From Octopus vulgaris (taxonomy: Eukaryota): a stretch of 64,000 nt of DNA. Positions 25,540 through 38,177 of the stretch are shown piece by piece. Numbering within the stretch: position 1 is the first letter of the stretch; each line of letters starts with the position of its first letter. Where the stretch lies: assembly GCA_951406725.2 (NCBI GenBank), contig OX597826.1:57226001-57290000 (forward strand). The letters run 5' to 3'. The position numbers were made by a program, and so were the translations under genes. Below the pieces are notes generated by a model. That model made no database searches. It worked only from the letters and a program-made list of their open reading frames with translations, and had not been told where the DNA came from.

Positions 25540-25997
25540 CATCACAAATCAAATGGAATTTGTGGTTGCGATACCTATGCTGGTGGCATGTAAAATGCAC
25601 CATCCGTACATGGCCAATGCCAGTGCCGCCTTGACTGGCTTCCATGCCAGTGGCACGTAAGTTGCACTGGCCTCCTCTGGCACCTGTGATGGTGGCATGT
25701 AAAAAGCACCATCTGTATGTAGCTGATGCCAGCGCCGCCTTGACTGGCTTCCATGCTGGTGGCATATAAAAAGCACCAACCGATCGTGGCTGTTGCAAGC
25801 CCCCCCCCTAGCACCTGTGCCGGTGGCACGTAAAAAGCACCCACTACACTCATGGAGTGGTTGGCATTAGGAAAGGCATCCAGCTGTAGAAACACTGCCA
25901 GATCAGATTGGAGCCTGGTGCTGCCTCCTGGCTTCCCAGACCATGGTCGAACCATCCAACCCATGCTAGCATGGAAAGCGGACGTTAAACGATGACA

Positions 25998-26027
<30 letters not shown>
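25540..26027 (+). mobile_element. SINE family B, long copy with internal repeats and (GAT)n tail
   Basis: Repeated ggtggca(c/t)gtaaaaagcacc modules, then ggttggcattaggaaaggcatccagctgtagaaac...ggacgttaaacgatgac(GAT)n. Confidence 0.88.
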
Positions 26028-26029
<2 letters not shown>

Positions 26030-26607
26030 ATATATATATGTATGTATGTATGTTTGTATGTATATATATATATATATATATATATTTCTGTAACACAATG
26101 GGCTTCTTTCTTTGCAGTCTAGAAATTATTTCATTCACGTAGTATCGGCTGACCCACTGCTATACCTCCAGCCAAGAGTGTCCATGCATTGCTACTGAAC
26201 TCCTAAGTCTATGTCTCTAAAGCAAGCTTCTTAAACCATACAGACATATATGCACACACGCACACATGCAACATGTGTGTTTGATTATATATAAATATAT
26301 ATATATATGTATGTATATATAAAATATGCAATGTATGTAGTATACACACATATATATAAACATACATGTACACACACACACACACACATATATATATTAC
26401 ATATATATATATATATCCATATACATATTTATATACATATATATACATATTTATATATATACATACATACATGTATGTATGTATATATATATATGCATAT
26501 ATATGCACACACTTACATAAATATATGAATATATATATATATATATATAAAAAGAAATAATATATAAATATGCATGCATATAAACACATTCACATAAAAT
26601 TTGTGTG

Positions 26608-26652
<45 letters not shown>

Positions 26653-28409
26653 AAGATGCCTATAATACAATTGGCAGTCTGAATGGATGGATAGATGGCT
26701 GGGTGCCTGAATGGCTGGCTGGCCAAATGGATGGATGGACACACAGATCAGTAGCAAGTAGTGAGGTAAAATGTGTGAGTTGCCAATTCATATAACATGG
26801 CACGATGGCCCCAGCGGCGACAGTTGAGTCATCCTGTTTAACTCTGGTTCAGGAACAATCTAGAATCTCCTTGTAAAGTGTTTGTGGCTGTGTGAGGAAG
26901 GTAGGGAAATTGAAGAAGGAGAAAGAAAGAGAACAGTTGTGATAGAGATGTTAGTAAAAGAGAGTACCATGTTTGTGTAAGTAGATGGTGGGGGGGGGGG
27001 AGAAAAAAAAAAGAGTGAAATAATCTTAGCTGGGGAAGAAAAGAGAGTTTGATGAGTGCAAGAATGGGAGATGTGAGGGGAGAATCATGGAACTGCTTGT
27101 AATATTTGGACAAAGTGAGGGCTTAAGAGTGATAGATAGAAATGTAAGAGGAAAGAGATTGGGGAATGTAGCAAGTGGTAATAAGATAAGAGGGGAAGGT
27201 AAATGAGAAAACAAAGAATAACCACAGAACAATTGTGAAATATTTTATTGAAGGAGGTGAAAAGAAGGAAAAAGAGTGAAGGAAAGAGGCAAGACAGAGG
27301 GAGAAGAATGGTGAGAAATAGCAACCAAAAGGTATTGAAGGAGAAATTGGGTGAGAGAAAAGAGAGACAGACAGACAGACAGACAAAAAAGAGAGAGAGA
27401 CTTGTGTACAAGAGAGATGAAGGTGAAAGAGAGAGGTTTGAATGGAAGAGAGAAGAGAGGACAGTAGAAGAGAGAGACCAGATAAACAGCAAATGAAAAG
27501 AGAAAAAAAAGTGGAGAAGGAGAGCTAAGGTGGAGGGAGAATAAAGCAAGTAGAAAAGAGTAAGGAATAAAATGGAGAGCAAGAAAGAAAGAGGGAGAGC
27601 AGGAGAAGAATAAAGGTGTGCGAGAGAGAGAGAGAGAGTGCATGCGAATAAGACAGTGACAAGCAGTGTGTCTGTTGTGATAGTTGTGATGAGAAAAGCA
27701 AATACAAAAACCCAGACATGTGCAGATGTGACACACACAGACAGATACACAAAATTGTGTACATGAACACATATTGAGGGAGACAACAAAAGCCAAAGAC
27801 AGATTGGGAACCAGAGCCTAACATAAAATGGTAGAAGCAAGGAAAAGATGAGGGTGTGTGTATGAGGTAAAAACAGATATGGAAAGATATGGAAATTATG
27901 AAATCTTTCTATTTCCTTTATATATTTGTAAAAAGCATTACAGACAGCACATCTACTTCAGAAGCAACATGTCCATAGGAAAACATTTTGCAACAGCCTG
28001 CATATTTGTAACTGTATATCTACTAGACTCTATGTACTATTGTATATATTTCTAGAAGTGAGGGAAAAAAAAAATTCTATACTATTTTGTATCAGATGCA
28101 CAATGACTAAGAAAGTTACTTGTATAAAATGTAATTGCTATCTCATAGATGCAGATACCTTGGGCAAGTAGAAATAATTTGGTAGACAGAAATTATGCAA
28201 AATTACAGTTTTTGTGCACTAAAATATACAGTTTCAATTTACAGAAACTGCATGTGTATATGTATATTAATTATGTAAGTGTGTTGAGTAGAGTTTGTTT
28301 ATGTTGAATACTAACTTAACAGAGAGTAGCATCATTCAAAAACTAACACAATAAGAGGAAATGCATTGTGACCAGCAGTAAATAACAACATCCAATAGTT
28401 ACTTGGTGA

Positions 28410-28700
28410 CCCTGCTGGTGCTGGTGCTATGTAACAAGCATCCAGTTCACAATGTGAAGTGGTTGGCATTTGGAAGGGCATCCAGCTGTAAAAATTATAA
28501 CAAAACTGACCTCACCTGTGCTGGTACCATGTAAAAAGCACTCAGTCCACTCTGTGGGTCAGTTGGTGTGTTAGGAAGGGCATCCAGCTATAAAAACCAT
28601 GCCAAAATAGACAGAGAAGCCTGGCCGGCTCCTGTCAAACATTCCAACCCATGCTGACATAGTAGGCAGACGTTAAACGATCATGATGATGATCATCATC
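28410..28700 (+). mobile_element. SINE family B, diverged
   Basis: Two copies of ggaagggcatccagct; ends in gacgttaaacgatcatgatgatg. Confidence 0.8.
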
Positions 28701-30694
28701 ACACACACAGACAGAACAGATAGGTAGATAGATGTATACATGTGAATATATACATAATTTTTATTGTAGTGTATGATATATACATACACAACAATAAAAT
28801 TTTCTAAAAATAGAGTTGTCCCTGAGGAACACCTCCCATCATATTTCTGCTTGATCAGAACCAACTATGAGCTAAACAACAAGCACACTCTTAACAACTT
28901 CTTGAGTCAAACCATTCTAAAATACAAAATACACATTCTTTGCAAGAAACAAAAGTATATATTTAATATACACCTTGTCAGGTACCAGTTATCTGTAATC
29001 TATATACACCTTTCGAAAGAAGCTATAGAAACAAAGTTATCTAAAGTAGAACATCATTTCATGTAGAATAAGAGAGAAAGTCTTGTAGGGGTCTATTCTG
29101 CTATTTCAAATGCACTGAATTCTTTTCATTTATCTGAATAGAAAACGTTTCTCATTTACAGTCATCTGTTTCTGATGGCAGATCTATACAAAGATTACCA
29201 AGAAATATTCTTCACCTAATAGTGTTAGAGGGCGATCTCACAGCATTTCATAAAATTGCAGCACATTAGGTGCCATTTGTTTACCATTGTTTGATGTTGG
29301 CACCTATGAAATTACAAACTTTTGCCCATATTTGAATCATGCTTCAAGATAGAAGAAAATTATTTTTCTGTCAGTCTCACACAGAAGAGAAGATGGGAGA
29401 GGGCAGGAGAGAGAGAGAGAGTGTCTTATTCTGACACGCCTGGTTCCTCTTAAAACAAAGAAATCCAATAATATACCAATATAGTGTCATTATATACCTT
29501 TGTGGTGCATGTGTATGAGGGTTTACATGAAGGTTTGTGTATGTGTTTATGTTTAGCACACATACACAAACCTTCATGTGTGTGTAAATATAACATCTAC
29601 TTAATCACCTGCTATTCTTTCTGGTGAGAATTTTAGAAGTTCATTCAACATTATCCACATAATATGTGTGTGCGCGCGTGTGTGTATATTGGTGGGTGTT
29701 CACATGAATGTTTAAATGTGTGTGTGTGTGTGCATTTGTGAGTTTGCTGTCAATATAAAATATATTTATTTATACTTTATCAAATTATTTCACAAAGCTT
29801 TCATCTTAACAGATACAATGATAATTCACTAATGGTTTATTTTTTTCCTTGAAACACATAACTGTAACCACCACCACCACCATCACCACCACCATCAATA
29901 TCAGCAGCAGCAGCAGCAGCAAGAAAATTAAATTTCAAGTTATTTAAGGAAGTAAATAGAACAAGGATTTTATTCTATTCATTATTATTATTATTATTAT
30001 TATTATACATTTTGATAGAAAGAATTATTGGAGAAGGTGGTTTCAATGGTTTAATTCTGAAGTCTTAGTTTCTATCTGAATTCTACAGATAGTAGAAGGT
30101 GGAGCTCTATCTGACTGCTCAACCCGCTCAAAATAGCAGCTAAAATCCTTCAAATCAGAACCTTATTTCATGAAAAGTGAAAGTGACATGTTCTGTCATC
30201 AGCATCTCCAGTCTTACCAGTGTTACCAGTCAAAGAATGCCTGCAAATGCTATGGGCATTGCCTATTCCTCCAAACCCAGCAACGAACATACACACATAC
30301 ATAAGTATATAACATTTTCAAAGTCAATCATTTGACAACTGTCTGACATGATAATTGCTTACATGCAACAACATCCCAGATATGTGAAGTGTGAAAAAAG
30401 AAATGGAGAAAATAACACCTGATGTCACATAATATATGTGTCGTTAAACATTTTTAGGCTGTAGTACCGTGTCCAGGGAAAGTCCCTTTAAAGACACAGC
30501 ATTTTAGAAAACAAAGTATACTTTAAAGCCAGGCAAAATAAATGTCTCCAGAGGTAAATGAGAAATGACAATGATGACAACACAAAAAGAACAAAAAATC
30601 TTTAGATCTTATCAAAACTGTCAATCGTGTTACTTTCTACTTAATATTACAAGTTTCCCTTTATCTTGGTTGAACCTGAGTTCTTTATCCTTTA

Positions 30695-30890
30695 AGGTGG
30701 TGAGCTGGCGGAATCATAAGCACACCGGTCAAAATGCATAGCGGCATTTTGTCCGTCTTTATGTTCTGAGTTGAAATTCTGTTGAGGTTGACTTTACCTT
30801 TCATCCTTCCGGGGTTGATAAAATTAGTACCAGTTAAATACTGGGGTCAATGTAATAGACTTAAAATTGCTGGCCTTGTGCTAAAATTTG
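30695..30890 (+). mobile_element. SINE family C, diverged
   Basis: ggtggtgagctggcggaatc...cctttcatccttccggggttgataaaattagtaccag; homologous to 24695-24990. Confidence 0.8.
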
Positions 30891-30974
30891 ATGTCAATAT
30901 TATAAGCTTTCCCAGAGATAAAGTTTTGTTATGTTCTTTTAAAAGAGTGAAGTCAACATTAACTAGAAGTTGAT

Positions 30975-31105
30975 ACTTACTTGCTCAAAATCTAGAGAAA
31001 GATTTTTGTGGATTTTTTGTTTTTGTTTTTGGTTTTTTACATTGCTTACATGATCCAAAGGAGGTTTATACTTACCTGAAAAGAAAAAAGTAAAAGGATT
31101 TAGAA
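30975..31105 (-). promoter_or_regulatory. Candidate recursive splice site with 95-nt RS-exon (31075-30981)
   Basis: Minus strand ttctaaatccttttacttttttcttttcag|GTAAGTat: a strong 3' splice site abutting a perfect 5' splice site. A second CAA|GTAAGTat donor lies 95 nt downstream. Confidence 0.5.
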
Positions 31106-32058
31106 CAGCAGAAAAACATAAACATAAATACAAGTTATAATTTCTCATTTTGTTACAATCTTAAAACTAAAACGGTAACAAACCAACATTTAAGACTATT
31201 TAGTGGAAGTCAAGTAGATTATAGTATTATTACAATAAATAATATTTTAAACTTATTTTAATTTATTTTGGTCTACAGCAATAATATAGCAAACAAGCTG
31301 TACTCTCTATTTCTTCCAGACAATAAATTGAAACTACTTATTGGAATTTATATTCATATAAAGCTAGATTTATGTAACTTTCACAGAAAATTAATAAAAT
31401 ACTACAGTTGCTACGCACTTTTCTAAAGGATTTTTATGTAAGTATATAACAAAGAAAACTTCTCATAGCTAGTATTTATAAAGAAAAAACAAGAGAAAAC
31501 TTAGGAAAAGAAACTAGCAAATATAAATATGCCAGAAGTTCAAACAATTCTGGAACACAGCTAAAATTTTCAGAAATATTCACCTTCAGAAAGCAAATCA
31601 AGACACTACAATATACAAAATAACGCATTCATATCATATAAAATACACACACACACACACATACTTATGAAAGAAACGAAGACATTCATGCTTAAAAAAA
31701 TTATATGCCTGTATTTAGGCAACATAGCTAATAGGTTTAAACATATAGAATTGACACGTAGCCTCGCCTCAATCTACTTGATTGGAAAATAGTAGAGCTA
31801 TCATTAAAGAAAGTATGAATATTTGCTGCTGCAGTTTCTAATGGTAATACTGAAATTTGCAGACCTATCCAACCAAGACCCAGCTTTCAATGACGGTTCA
31901 TTATTTTATACTTCAATACTAATTACTGGATTATAGATTTCATCTGACATTTAAGTCTTCACCAATAACATATCAAGCAATATTTGGAACTGATAAAGTA
32001 TATATATATAATCAAAATAATAAGATGACGAAATACTTTAAACACATCTTTAATAATC

Positions 32059-32173
32059 AGTTACAATTGTTTCTATACCAACTCTGCCTGCAATGTCATT
32101 TTACACAATAGTTGAAGTGAAAATTTACATAATATTTGCGGTTCTAGACATTAGATTTGCATTTCATCAGACT
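32059..32173 (-). ncRNA. Type I hammerhead ribozyme motif (Penelope-associated)
   Basis: agt-CTGATGA-[~90 nt stem II]-GAAAC-AATT-GTA-act. Core intact, stem I agt/act, palindromic stem III ACAATTGT, GUA cleavage triplet; the 10.1/11.1 position is A.A. Confidence 0.6.
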
Positions 32174-32325
32174 TGCATCAAAGGTGTGTTCTTACATTGT
32201 GTGTCTTCCAAACATTGTTTTTGTTTTTTTTGCTTTTATTGGAAGGAAACAAAAAGTAAGTGAAAGTATGGTTAGGGGATGAATAATTTGGATAGAGATC
32301 ATGTGGGAATGAAAAGAGGAAGGAA

Positions 32326-32385
32326 AGAAGAAGAAGAAGAAGAAGAAGAAGAAGAAGAAGAAGAAGAAGAAGAAGAAGAAGAAGA
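32326..32385. repeat. (GAA)n microsatellite
   Basis: Direct reading. Confidence 0.95.
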
Positions 32386-32673
32386 ATATGAAGAAGAATG
32401 AGGAAGAGGTCGGGAGGTTAAGGGCATTAATAAATGAGGGAAGGATTTATTAAAGTATTTCTTTGTCTTATCATTTGGATTATAGCTTATTCTTCGCTAC
32501 ACCCATACAACAGTTTTATTGTTGTGACACCAGGATTTTCTACTCTTGGAGAATTTCGGAATTAGTTTGGAATCTGAAAGTGTTGATAGCCCAGAACTCG
32601 AAAGGAGTGCTTCTCTGGAATTACCCTTCAATTATCCCCCACCAGGACCTAACACTTTATATATATATATATA

Positions 32674-33310
32674 CTAGCAGTATCGCCCGGCGTTGCTCGG
32701 GTTTGTAAGGGAAATAACTATATAAGCATTTTTAGAGAGTTATAGCCAAAAAATAGCAAAAAATGCATCAAAAATGGAAAAAATATGATGGTAAATTTTT
32801 TTTTAAATCGTTGACTCATCGTAGACATTTTTAGAGAGTTACTTCCCTTATATAATAGCGAAAAAATGCATTAAAATGGAAAAAAAACGATGGTAAATTT
32901 TTTTTTAAATCGTAGACTCATGTAGACGCTTTCTTAGCCATTTCTGTTTTGGTGTCTTCAAGCCATGAAGTCGTTGTTCTAAAAGAACACTGGTCTCCTT
33001 GACAACGCATTACGACGTTGATTTCCTTACACTCCCTTCCCCACAGGTGCAGGTGTGAGCGTGGACGCCAACTCCACCGCCATCGACACATGAAAAATTA
33101 TGCATTAAAATGGAATAAAAAATGATGTTAAATTATTTTTAAAATCGTAGACTCATCGTAGACGCGCGCTAATACTCAGACGGGCTCGATATGAATCACG
33201 ACTATAAGCTACCCAAATTTGGTTAAACTGTACCACAAAATGTGGGAGTAGTTAGGAATCTAAATCGAAGGGGACAGACACTCACACAACTACAGTTTTA
33301 TATATATAGA
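32674..33310 (-). mobile_element. Non-autonomous Helitron, both termini present
   Basis: Minus strand A|TCtatatatataaaac ... cccgagcaacgccggg (hairpin) cgatactgCTAG|T. Inserted between A and T with no target duplication; internal direct repeats (aaaatgcattaaaatggaa...gactcatcgtagac). Confidence 0.88.
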
Positions 33311-33317
33311 TATACAT

Positions 33318-33685
33318 AGCGCAGTTGTGGTGAGATATGACAGCAAAGAAAAGCATACATTCACTCTCTGCATGCAATTAGACTCGGAAAGTTCGTGAGG
33401 AACCCATTGACCCAATTTGCTGACTTTTCCGATAGCACACAGGTGTCAATGAATGGTTGAATGACCAAATCCAAGCTTCTCTGCTAGTTCCTCAACAGTT
33501 ACGATGATATTTTGTTCCACCAGGGTTTTCAGGATGTCCTTGTCGAGTTCTACAGATCTTTCAGGATGAGGCTCGTCTTCTAGGCTGTAGTTTATGGCTC
33601 GGGATTTCTGGAACCACCATTGACACTGCCTTACGCTTATTGTCCAATCCCCATATACTGCATTAATATTTCTTGTACTTTGCAC
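33318..33685 (-). mobile_element. Mariner (Mos1-like) transposase N-terminal relic
   Basis: RNINAVYGDWTISVRQCQWWFQK...SLEDEPHPER...TVEELAEKLGFGHSTIH*HLCAIGKVSKLGQWVPHELSESN; contains the mariner WVPHEL motif. Confidence 0.92.
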
Positions 33686-33875
33686 ACATTTATATTCTGT
33701 TATTCTTTTATATGTTTCAGCCTTGAGGTTGTGGCCATGCTGGATCATGTGTGTGTGTGTGTGTGTGTCTATCTGTCTGTCTGTCTGTATGTATATATGT
33801 ATATGTATGTGTGTGAACAATAATATTTTCAACAGATGTGTTGCAAATGTATCTGATTGTTTTCAAGCTTCAATA

Positions 33876-33992
33876 CTGTGTGTGTGTGTATGTGTGTGTG
33901 TGTATGTATGTATGTATATGTATGTATGTATATGTATGTATGTATGTATGTGTGTATGTATGTATGTGTGTGTGTATGTATGTGTCTGTGTA

Positions 33993-34023
<31 letters not shown>

Positions 34024-34075
34024 ATGTATGTATGTATGTATGTATGTATGTATGTATGTATGTATGTATGTATGA
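33876..34075. repeat. (TG)n/(TGTA)n microsatellite
   Basis: Direct reading. Confidence 0.95.
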
Positions 34076-34505
34076 GTGTATGTTTACTTTATTACTAATT
34101 ACTCTCTTCCAAGAACATTTTCACTCACTCTTAGCTCTTAGCTTCCCATACATTTTACTCATGTATCTATCAGCGTCATAGACAGAATACTTTCACTTTA
34201 GTCTTCCTCAAATCACTGTCGCTATTTACTTTCATTTTATTCGTTGCCCACTGTGTGTGTGCGTTTGCGTGTGGTGTAAACCAGACTAAGAAAAGCATTT
34301 GACACACACACCAGAATGTGAGTTTTCTGTAAATTTTGCTTAATTGGAGTTTAAATTTTAAAAACTGGACCTGGCATGACGCGATGCATTGTACTCTTAA
34401 AACTGCCAGGTAAATTGTAATTGAAGAAATCCTATATTGTAGATTTGTATAACTCCCAAAGGGAGGCAGATAAAATCTGCCTTTTATAATAAGAGATATA
34501 TATAT

Positions 34506-34791
34506 GGAGGCGCAATGGCCCAGTGGTAAGGGCAGCGGACTCACGGTCGTAGGATCGTGGTTTCGATTCCCAGTGTTTATTGAGCGAAAACACCTAAAGC
34601 TCCACGAGGCTCCGGCAGGGGGTGAGGGCGATCCCTGCTGTACTCTTTCGCCACAACTTTCTCTAACTCTTTCTTCTGTTGGCCTGCTCGCTTAGCCAGC
34701 GGGGTGGCATCATTTGAAGGCTAAAACAATGCCAAGACACATTGTGACCAGCGATGTGTAGCAACATCTGATAGCCTGGTCGATCACGTGA
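34506..34791 (+). mobile_element. tRNA-derived SINE (family D)
   Basis: Head ggaggcgcaaTGGCCCAGTGGtaagggcagcggactcacggtcgtaggatcgtGGTTTCGATTCCc (A and B boxes); CpG-rich body; inserted in (TA)n. Confidence 0.8.
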
Positions 34792-35007
34792 TATATATAG
34801 ATATATAATAGAACAGAGAGAAAACAACAAATAGAAACCATCAAAACACAACATGTGGAAAAATGGTCAATAGCACAACAAACGGTAAATAGGACATAAA
34901 CAAGATACATGGATCATTTGCAGCCTATTACTTCTTCGGTCTAAGTCCAGAATGTCTTTGTAGTACATATATACATGCGTATATAAATATATGTATGTGT
35001 ATGTATG

Positions 35008-35042
<35 letters not shown>

Positions 35043-36239
35043 ATCATCATCATCATCATTTAGCATCTGCTTTCCATGCTAGCATGGGTTGGATGTTTTG
35101 ACTGAGGACTGGTGAACCAGATGGCTGCACCAGAAGTGCATATTATACATGCAGACAGCATTATCATCAACATCTTTCTAACATCCACTATTTGTTAAAG
35201 CAGATTTTCTATGGCCAGATGGGTGCCTCTCCTGTCACCATCTCTCCCTTGTTTCCAAGCTAAGATTCCAACCAATGTGCTTCATCTCTCTCTCTCTTTT
35301 TCATGTAATAGCTGAAATTTAAGTTAATTATAAAATCTTATACCAGTAGCAGTGGATGAAAGCCAAATGTTAGTGAAAGAACTGATATTAATTTTGAGTA
35401 AATGAATGGGAAACTAGAAGACAACAAAAAGGAACTAATTAATACACAACCCTTTTACATTCTGCTCTGTAAATCAAGCACAAACTTAAACAATAAAACT
35501 ATAAACAATTTCTTTAGGTTTTCATATACATTTATAGACAGAATAATCAAACTGACAAAAACAAACCAGCTGAAAATAAAACAGAGAGACTTGGTTGCTT
35601 TTCTGTGGTATTATTTCCAAACTTTAAATTTTTCATTTAGTTGCCGGAGAATCTCAGAACTTTCCACAATTGAACTTTTGATAGAGGATTCAGTGTGGCA
35701 CAACTCTTAGTTCTTCTAATGGGGCACGGGTTGTTGGACATTTGGCTAGACGGCTAAACTGAAAGAAGCCTGTCAGTATATATGTATATCATATATCCTG
35801 TGTGTGTGATGTGTGTTTGCGTGTCTGTGTTTGTCTAGCATTGTTGACAACCGAATGCTGGGATCAAAGATGTTTACGTCTCTACTTACAGTTTGCTATA
35901 TTATCACCAACTGACTATAGATAACCTAATGTCCCTTTAACATATGAATTTATCATGAAGTTGGCTGAGTGACAGTGAGGTAGAGAAGAAGAGAGAAACG
36001 AAGAAAGACATCATTTGTGAAGGTGCATGCATGCATACACATGCACCTCATTCTTTCTATATGTGTGTATGCGTATATATATGTATGTGCACCCCCCTCT
36101 CTCTCTCCAAAGTAGTATACTTCCTCTTTTTTGTTTTATTTTTGTTAACAACTATAAAATCTCCTGTTTGACATATTTTTGCTCAGCCTCTGATGCATCC
36201 TTTAAACAGAGTTCAGATAAATAAAGAATTTAGAATATC

Positions 36240-36655
36240 TCTTTCTCTTTTTTTCTCTTTTTACTTGTTTCAGTCATTTTGACTGTGGCCATGCTGGTGC
36301 ACCGCCTTTAATCGAGCAACTCAACCCCGGGACTTATTCTTTTGTAAGCCCAGTACTTATTCTATCGGTGTCTTTTGCCGAACTGCTAAGTGATGGGGAC
36401 ATAAACACACCAGCATCGGTTGTCAAGCAATGCTAGGGGGACAAACACAGACACACAAACATACACGCACATACATATATATACATATATACGATAGGCT
36501 TCTTTCAGTTTCTGTCTACCAAATCCATTCACAAGGCTTTGATCGGTCCGAGGCTATAGTAGAAGACACTTGCCCAAGGTGCCACGCAGTGGGACTGAAC
36601 CCGGAACCATGTGGTTGGTAAACAAGCTACTTACCACACAGCCACTCCTGCACCT
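36240..36655 (-). mobile_element. SINE family A, full length
   Basis: Collinear with 11911-12325. Confidence 0.92.
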
Positions 36656-37643
36656 ATATATATATATGTATATATATATAATAAGTAAATAAATAAATAA
36701 ATAATTAAATAAATAAATAAATACAGAAGCATTTCTGTTCATTAAAATATCATTAAACTACTGCAAAATATGACACACATTTCATGACAATAACAAGCAC
36801 AAAAAAAAAAAGAAAACAAGAAAATCACCCAACATGGACAGTAGGTTCTGAGAAGTAAACTCTCAAAGTTCATTCAATTTACTGTTGGGTTTTAAAACCA
36901 AGAGATTTAAGGATAGTGTAAATATGTGTCCTTGCTTTTGTTCTGATCAATGAAAACAGAGACAAAGGATGTATTGTGAGATATTGGAAACTGACAAATT
37001 GGTAGGAGACTGAGGCATGATGAGATGATAAAACTTAGTGTATTAAAAATAAATAAAAGAAAAGAAATAGAAGAAATTGCAAGGAAGTCAAGCATGAATT
37101 TGTTATAAAGATCAATTCAAAAAGTACTGACAGAGTTAGTGTGAGCTTTGTGTACTATCAAAATACTGGTGTTTCGCCAGTTCGTTTGACCACAGTGATT
37201 AATGACTTAGGTACTAACTTCAATTGACCAGTCAGCAATGACCAATTTTTAATGTAGGCACAAGTCAAAGAAGATTCTGAGCATCCTCAAAGCCAAATCA
37301 TCTTTCATCCTTATGACCATCCATACAAATAATATCACTGCCCAGTGCTCCACCCCTACTATTACCTTCCTCACCAAATAAAACCACAACCCTACCCACT
37401 CTTTGACTACCTATGTTTCACAACCAATATCACCACTAGCACCGACATACCTATCTGCAAGAGGAAGATCAGCAATATTACAAATATTGGTTGCTGATTG
37501 AGATTGTACATTCATATATGTACGTATATACACAGACACAAAAGTGCAGGCAGTGTATATGAATAAAACAAGACAAATATATATATGTGGGTGGAGTATG
37601 CACGTATGTGTGTGTGTATATGCTTATATAGGAATATTTGTAT

Positions 37644-37810
37644 GGAGTGGCTGTGTGGTAAGTAGCTTGTTTACCAACCACATGGTTCCGGGTTCAGTCC
37701 CACTGCGTGGCATCTTGGGCAAGTGTCTTCTGATATATAGCCCCGGGCCAACCAATGCCTTGTGAGTGGATTTGGTAGACGGAAACTGAAAGAAGCCTGT
37801 CGTATATATG

Positions 37811-37843
<33 letters not shown>

Positions 37844-38055
37844 TTGCGCGTCTGTGTTTGTCCCCCTAGCATTGCTTGACAACCGATGCTGGTGTGTTTA
37901 CGTCCCCGTCACTTAGCGGTTCGGCAAAAAAGAGACCGATAGAATAAGTACTGGGCTTACAAAGAATAAGTCCCGGGGTCGATTTGCTCGACTAAAGGCG
38001 GTGCTCTAGCATGGCCGCAGTCAAATGACTGAAACAAGTAAAAGAGTAAAAGAGT
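37644..38055 (+). mobile_element. SINE family A, near full length
   Basis: ggagtggctgtgtggtaag...gactgaaacaagtaaaagagtaaaagagt. Confidence 0.92.
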
Positions 38056-38177
38056 ATGTGTATATGTGTGTATATATGTGTGTATGCGTATATATATGTA
38101 TGTGTATATGTGTGTATATATGTGTGTATGCGTGTATATATATGTACATATATATATAGATATATACTTCTTCTATT

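Larger units (their letters stand above)
32005..32660 (-). mobile_element. Penelope-like element 3'/terminal-repeat fragment
   Basis: Bounded by (TA)n runs. Carries a hammerhead motif followed by attaaa and a T-rich end, and a (TTC)n tract. No convincing ORF. Confidence 0.5.

Noticed and set aside
25466-26138. Recurrent ORFs such as HASMGW...LQLDALPNANH and MLGGQTQTHKH
   Set aside because: They are read-throughs of SINE families A and B, not genes.
27085-27840. Longest ORF (251 aa, L/S/F-rich, membrane-like)
   Set aside because: The CT-rich low-complexity strand lacks stops by composition; overlapping frames are also open and no domain is recognisable.
29267-29306. Hairpin taggtgcca...tggcaccta as a pre-miRNA
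   Set aside because: Only a 9-bp stem. I also recognised no conserved bilaterian mature miRNA anywhere in the window, though a by-eye scan is not exhaustive.
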